A stretch of 49,354 bases of DNA, the filler included, from Catajapyx aquilonaris (taxonomy: Eukaryota): assembly GCA_000934665.2 (NCBI GenBank). It is 2 parts of 2 records of this genome, joined end to end, with 100 filler letters (N's around TTAATTAATTAA, not from the genome) between each part and the next. Parts side by side here need not be neighbours in the genome. Positions count along the whole stretch, not along the records: positions 24,680 to 49,354 come from JYFJ02005486.1; 1 more part is not named here. One strand, given 5' to 3'. The translations under genes were made by a program, and so were the position numbers. The notes below the pieces were generated by a model that did no database searches, was not told where the DNA came from, and saw only the letters and a list, made by a program, of their open reading frames with translations. This document shows positions 46,393-49,354 of the stretch, piece by piece (position 1 is the stretch's first letter; each line of letters opens with the position of its first letter).

Positions 46393-49354
46393 GTCCGATA
46401 AAATACTGCCTAATCTTGACTTTTCCACACCACCTGCAGAAGCATGATCATGCATTTTATGATCATGGACAGCATAGATATTAATATTAAGAGGGCAAGT
46501 GAACCCCATTTTTAGTAATAGATCAATTTGAATCACTCCAACTGGTCAATCTGGATTTCATTCAACGCCAATAGTCTACAATATAATATCAGCTGAAGAT
46601 CAACCTGAATATTAAGGATGAATTATGCGGCATTTACAATGTGACATATTTGGAAGCACATAAGGATGAATGTGTACATGGCAAATTATTTCCATTTCAA
46701 CTCTTACAAATTTACCATAATTACTTGTCAGTGAATATTGTGTGCTTGCTAATAATAGATTGGATTATCTTGGGTCAGTTGAAGAGACTGGTATGGGCAA
46801 AGTGATGGGAATGCAACAAGCATTGGTGTGACGTGTTGGCTAGGTGACAACAGCCGGCATAACCGACCAAACCCTGGTCGAAGAAGAAGAGGCCACACGC
46901 CCGGACACAGGCCCTACCCCAGGACTTGATAGTCCGAAGGTAAGGCATTCACAAAATTTGTACCTCCCAAAGTTCCAGTTTAGTATCGCAATGGGATCAG
47001 AGAGCACAAACTTCACATGTGGAGAAATAGCCAACATACTACTGGATCTAGCTTAGCACAAAAGTCTGGCTTTAGCCTAATAGAGCTGACCAGTAGTTGT
47101 AAAAATCATGAGAGCAATTAACAAACATTTGATTCTTAGTACAGGAAATTAGAAAATTGAACTCAACTTATAAGAAAAAAATAAGCATTTGTTTCATCAG
47201 CTTACCCCCAAAAAATAATATAGCCTCTAGTGTTATTCTGTATTCAAGTAGATTCAATGTTGTATGGTATTTAGGATGTAACATGCCTTGAAAAAATATT
47301 ACCTCAGATCATTATCCGAAGCATACAGTACATATTACACTAGAAATAGTATTACTAATATTTGAACCCAAATGGTACCTCTTACAGCAAGGATGCCAAC
47401 GGACTGGAATCTTGTACTTAGTCCCTTGATTGTAATGCGATTGTTTGTACCTCGATTGTATGAGCCATTCAGTCTGTGGCCATTGCACAGATAGGTCCAG
47501 TGCAATCACACTTCCGTTAAGAACCAATTACAGTACCGGAGCAGACCAATAAGCCATCAATATCATACCAGAATACAACAGTGTAGCTGCCATTAATGGG
47601 GTGGATGGCGATAAAGAGAGAAGAACCCAAGCGCCAACAGCCACTCAATCTTATGATCACAGAGAGCTGATGCGGATCAACATGCTGTACTGCAGCAGAC
47701 GACAGAAGGCTGAGTGTAAATTGCGGAATGTCGAAGGCAGTAGCAGTTGGCACATCAACACTTTACCAACAAGTATTATGCTTGCTTTCAAATTTACAAC
47801 CAGTAAATGCAATATACCTTATAATCAACATCATCTGAAAAACATTGTAGATGTATATTGCATGGCTGTATAATTATGTCCAAATAGACATTATAATATA
47901 AATATTGAAGAGCATGCATTTGCATACAAGCTAAAGTCATCTCCCTTTCATATGGCTGTAGTACATAAACGTAATGCAATCAAGTTGCCATTCTCACTGT
48001 GAACAAACAATATTCCAATATGCCAAATTATATGCCAGCACAACACAAGTCCCATATACTTCAACTTTTTGAATAATATGATCCAGAGTCTAGACAGCCT
48101 ATTGTGTTCACTGCAAAAAATCACAAAATCGAAAGCAATGCAAATTATAAAGATAAATTCATCATACAAGTAATTATCATGCTAATGCAACATGGCACAG
48201 TACTGGAAAGTTTGTTTTCTGGCCAGACTTGCTGTATCTCTGTAAATAAATAGCAGGGCTTTTAGGATGCAGGACCTCATTGGTTGGGTCAGCCTTCAAT
48301 GCTCTTTACAGGTATTGGAAGACACAGAGTCGGAAGGTAATGAGCAGGTGAAACAAAAGGCAATACATATTATTAGCAGATAACAAAGCTAAGTTGTAGT
48401 GAGATTGCACTTGGTTTGAACATTGCAATCAACTTTACAATGATTGCCACCCAAAGAATTCCTGGGAAAACTTCATTACCATTGCAATGCTTTTGTTGAA
48501 ATGAATTCAAAAAAGTATTTAACATTCTGATGCAACTAATAAATTTGATGATATCTTAGGTAAGTCAAGAAAAATATTCCATGGATCCTCTATATTGCAT
48601 AATAACTTTTGTCGCATGATCCACTGCTTGATCCTGGCATCCATTTTGTAGTTATAACTTAGTGACTTACACTATACAGTTCTTTGAACAAAATCATTTT
48701 CACAGGGATATTAGTCCAACCTTAGTGCAAGGTGTGGGCCACCTCACTCTGCCAATAAATAACTAATATACACCACCTGTTCAGGAGAAGCAGCAATGGC
48801 AGTCTACTTCCTCTGGCGTAATGTCCAACTCAACAGCGACTACTACAAGAACCAAAACCAAAACCAAAAGCACTGTACCACTTGTGCAGAGTCTTCCTTC
48901 GTGGCAATCCCAGCTGGATAATAGTTTGGGAGAACTTGACAGCATTGGACAACCACCACAACCTGCCAGATATTTCTTCTAAATTACCAAAAGAGCATAC
49001 CATGGACATCTCACCAGAACAAGCTCCCCTGGAAGTAGACCTTGTTGACAAACTAGTCAAACCCTGGACATCCAGCGGATCCAGGTCACCCAAGTTGACA
49101 TATTCAAATCTCATTTCTGCTTTAAACACATACAGGATCCTGCAACTTTCCTGCAGCTTCCAACAGATCAGCGCAGATTTCGATCCCACTATTTGGAGGT
49201 CACACCATGACACTAAGATGGTATAATGTTCCTTCTACCTTGTGGATTACCTATGACATAGGCTACATCAGGTTTGCCCCTAATGAGGTCTCCCAGGAGC
49301 AATCGTCGGGAATGTAACTTGTTAAAGGGATTAAAACCATACATGAGCTAATTT

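Overview
AT-rich, intron-containing, transposon-dense animal genomic DNA (arthropod-like by inference); no prokaryotic features or CRISPR. An artificial 100-bp N44-TTAATTAATTAA-N44 linker at 24580-24679 splits the window into two halves that may not be adjacent in the genome. The left half holds two + strand paralogous C2H2 zinc-finger genes. Both start with a shared first coding exon carrying an isolated CxCC...VHSxTHSKWD finger plus acidic, SUMO-consensus-rich linkers. Gene A (499-891 + 4308-5213) has a minisatellite-like 84-bp finger array whose differences are non-synonymous and concentrated at DNA-contact positions. Gene B (15505-19438, four coding exons, about 20 fingers) has a 1-nt frameshift in exon 3. 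The right half holds an intronless 522-aa BC-box-like + LRR gene (31290-32858). The rest is TE debris: tRNA-derived SINEs with TSDs, a V-SINE-like copy, LINE fragments, Academ, Kolobok, Sola, hAT, Harbinger, piggyBac and Tc1/pogo remnants, and many hairpin MITEs. Two related CAAGGGGG-terminal elements with 8-bp TSDs both sit in the first bases of another DNA transposon. All family assignments come from motif recognition by eye, not from database searches.
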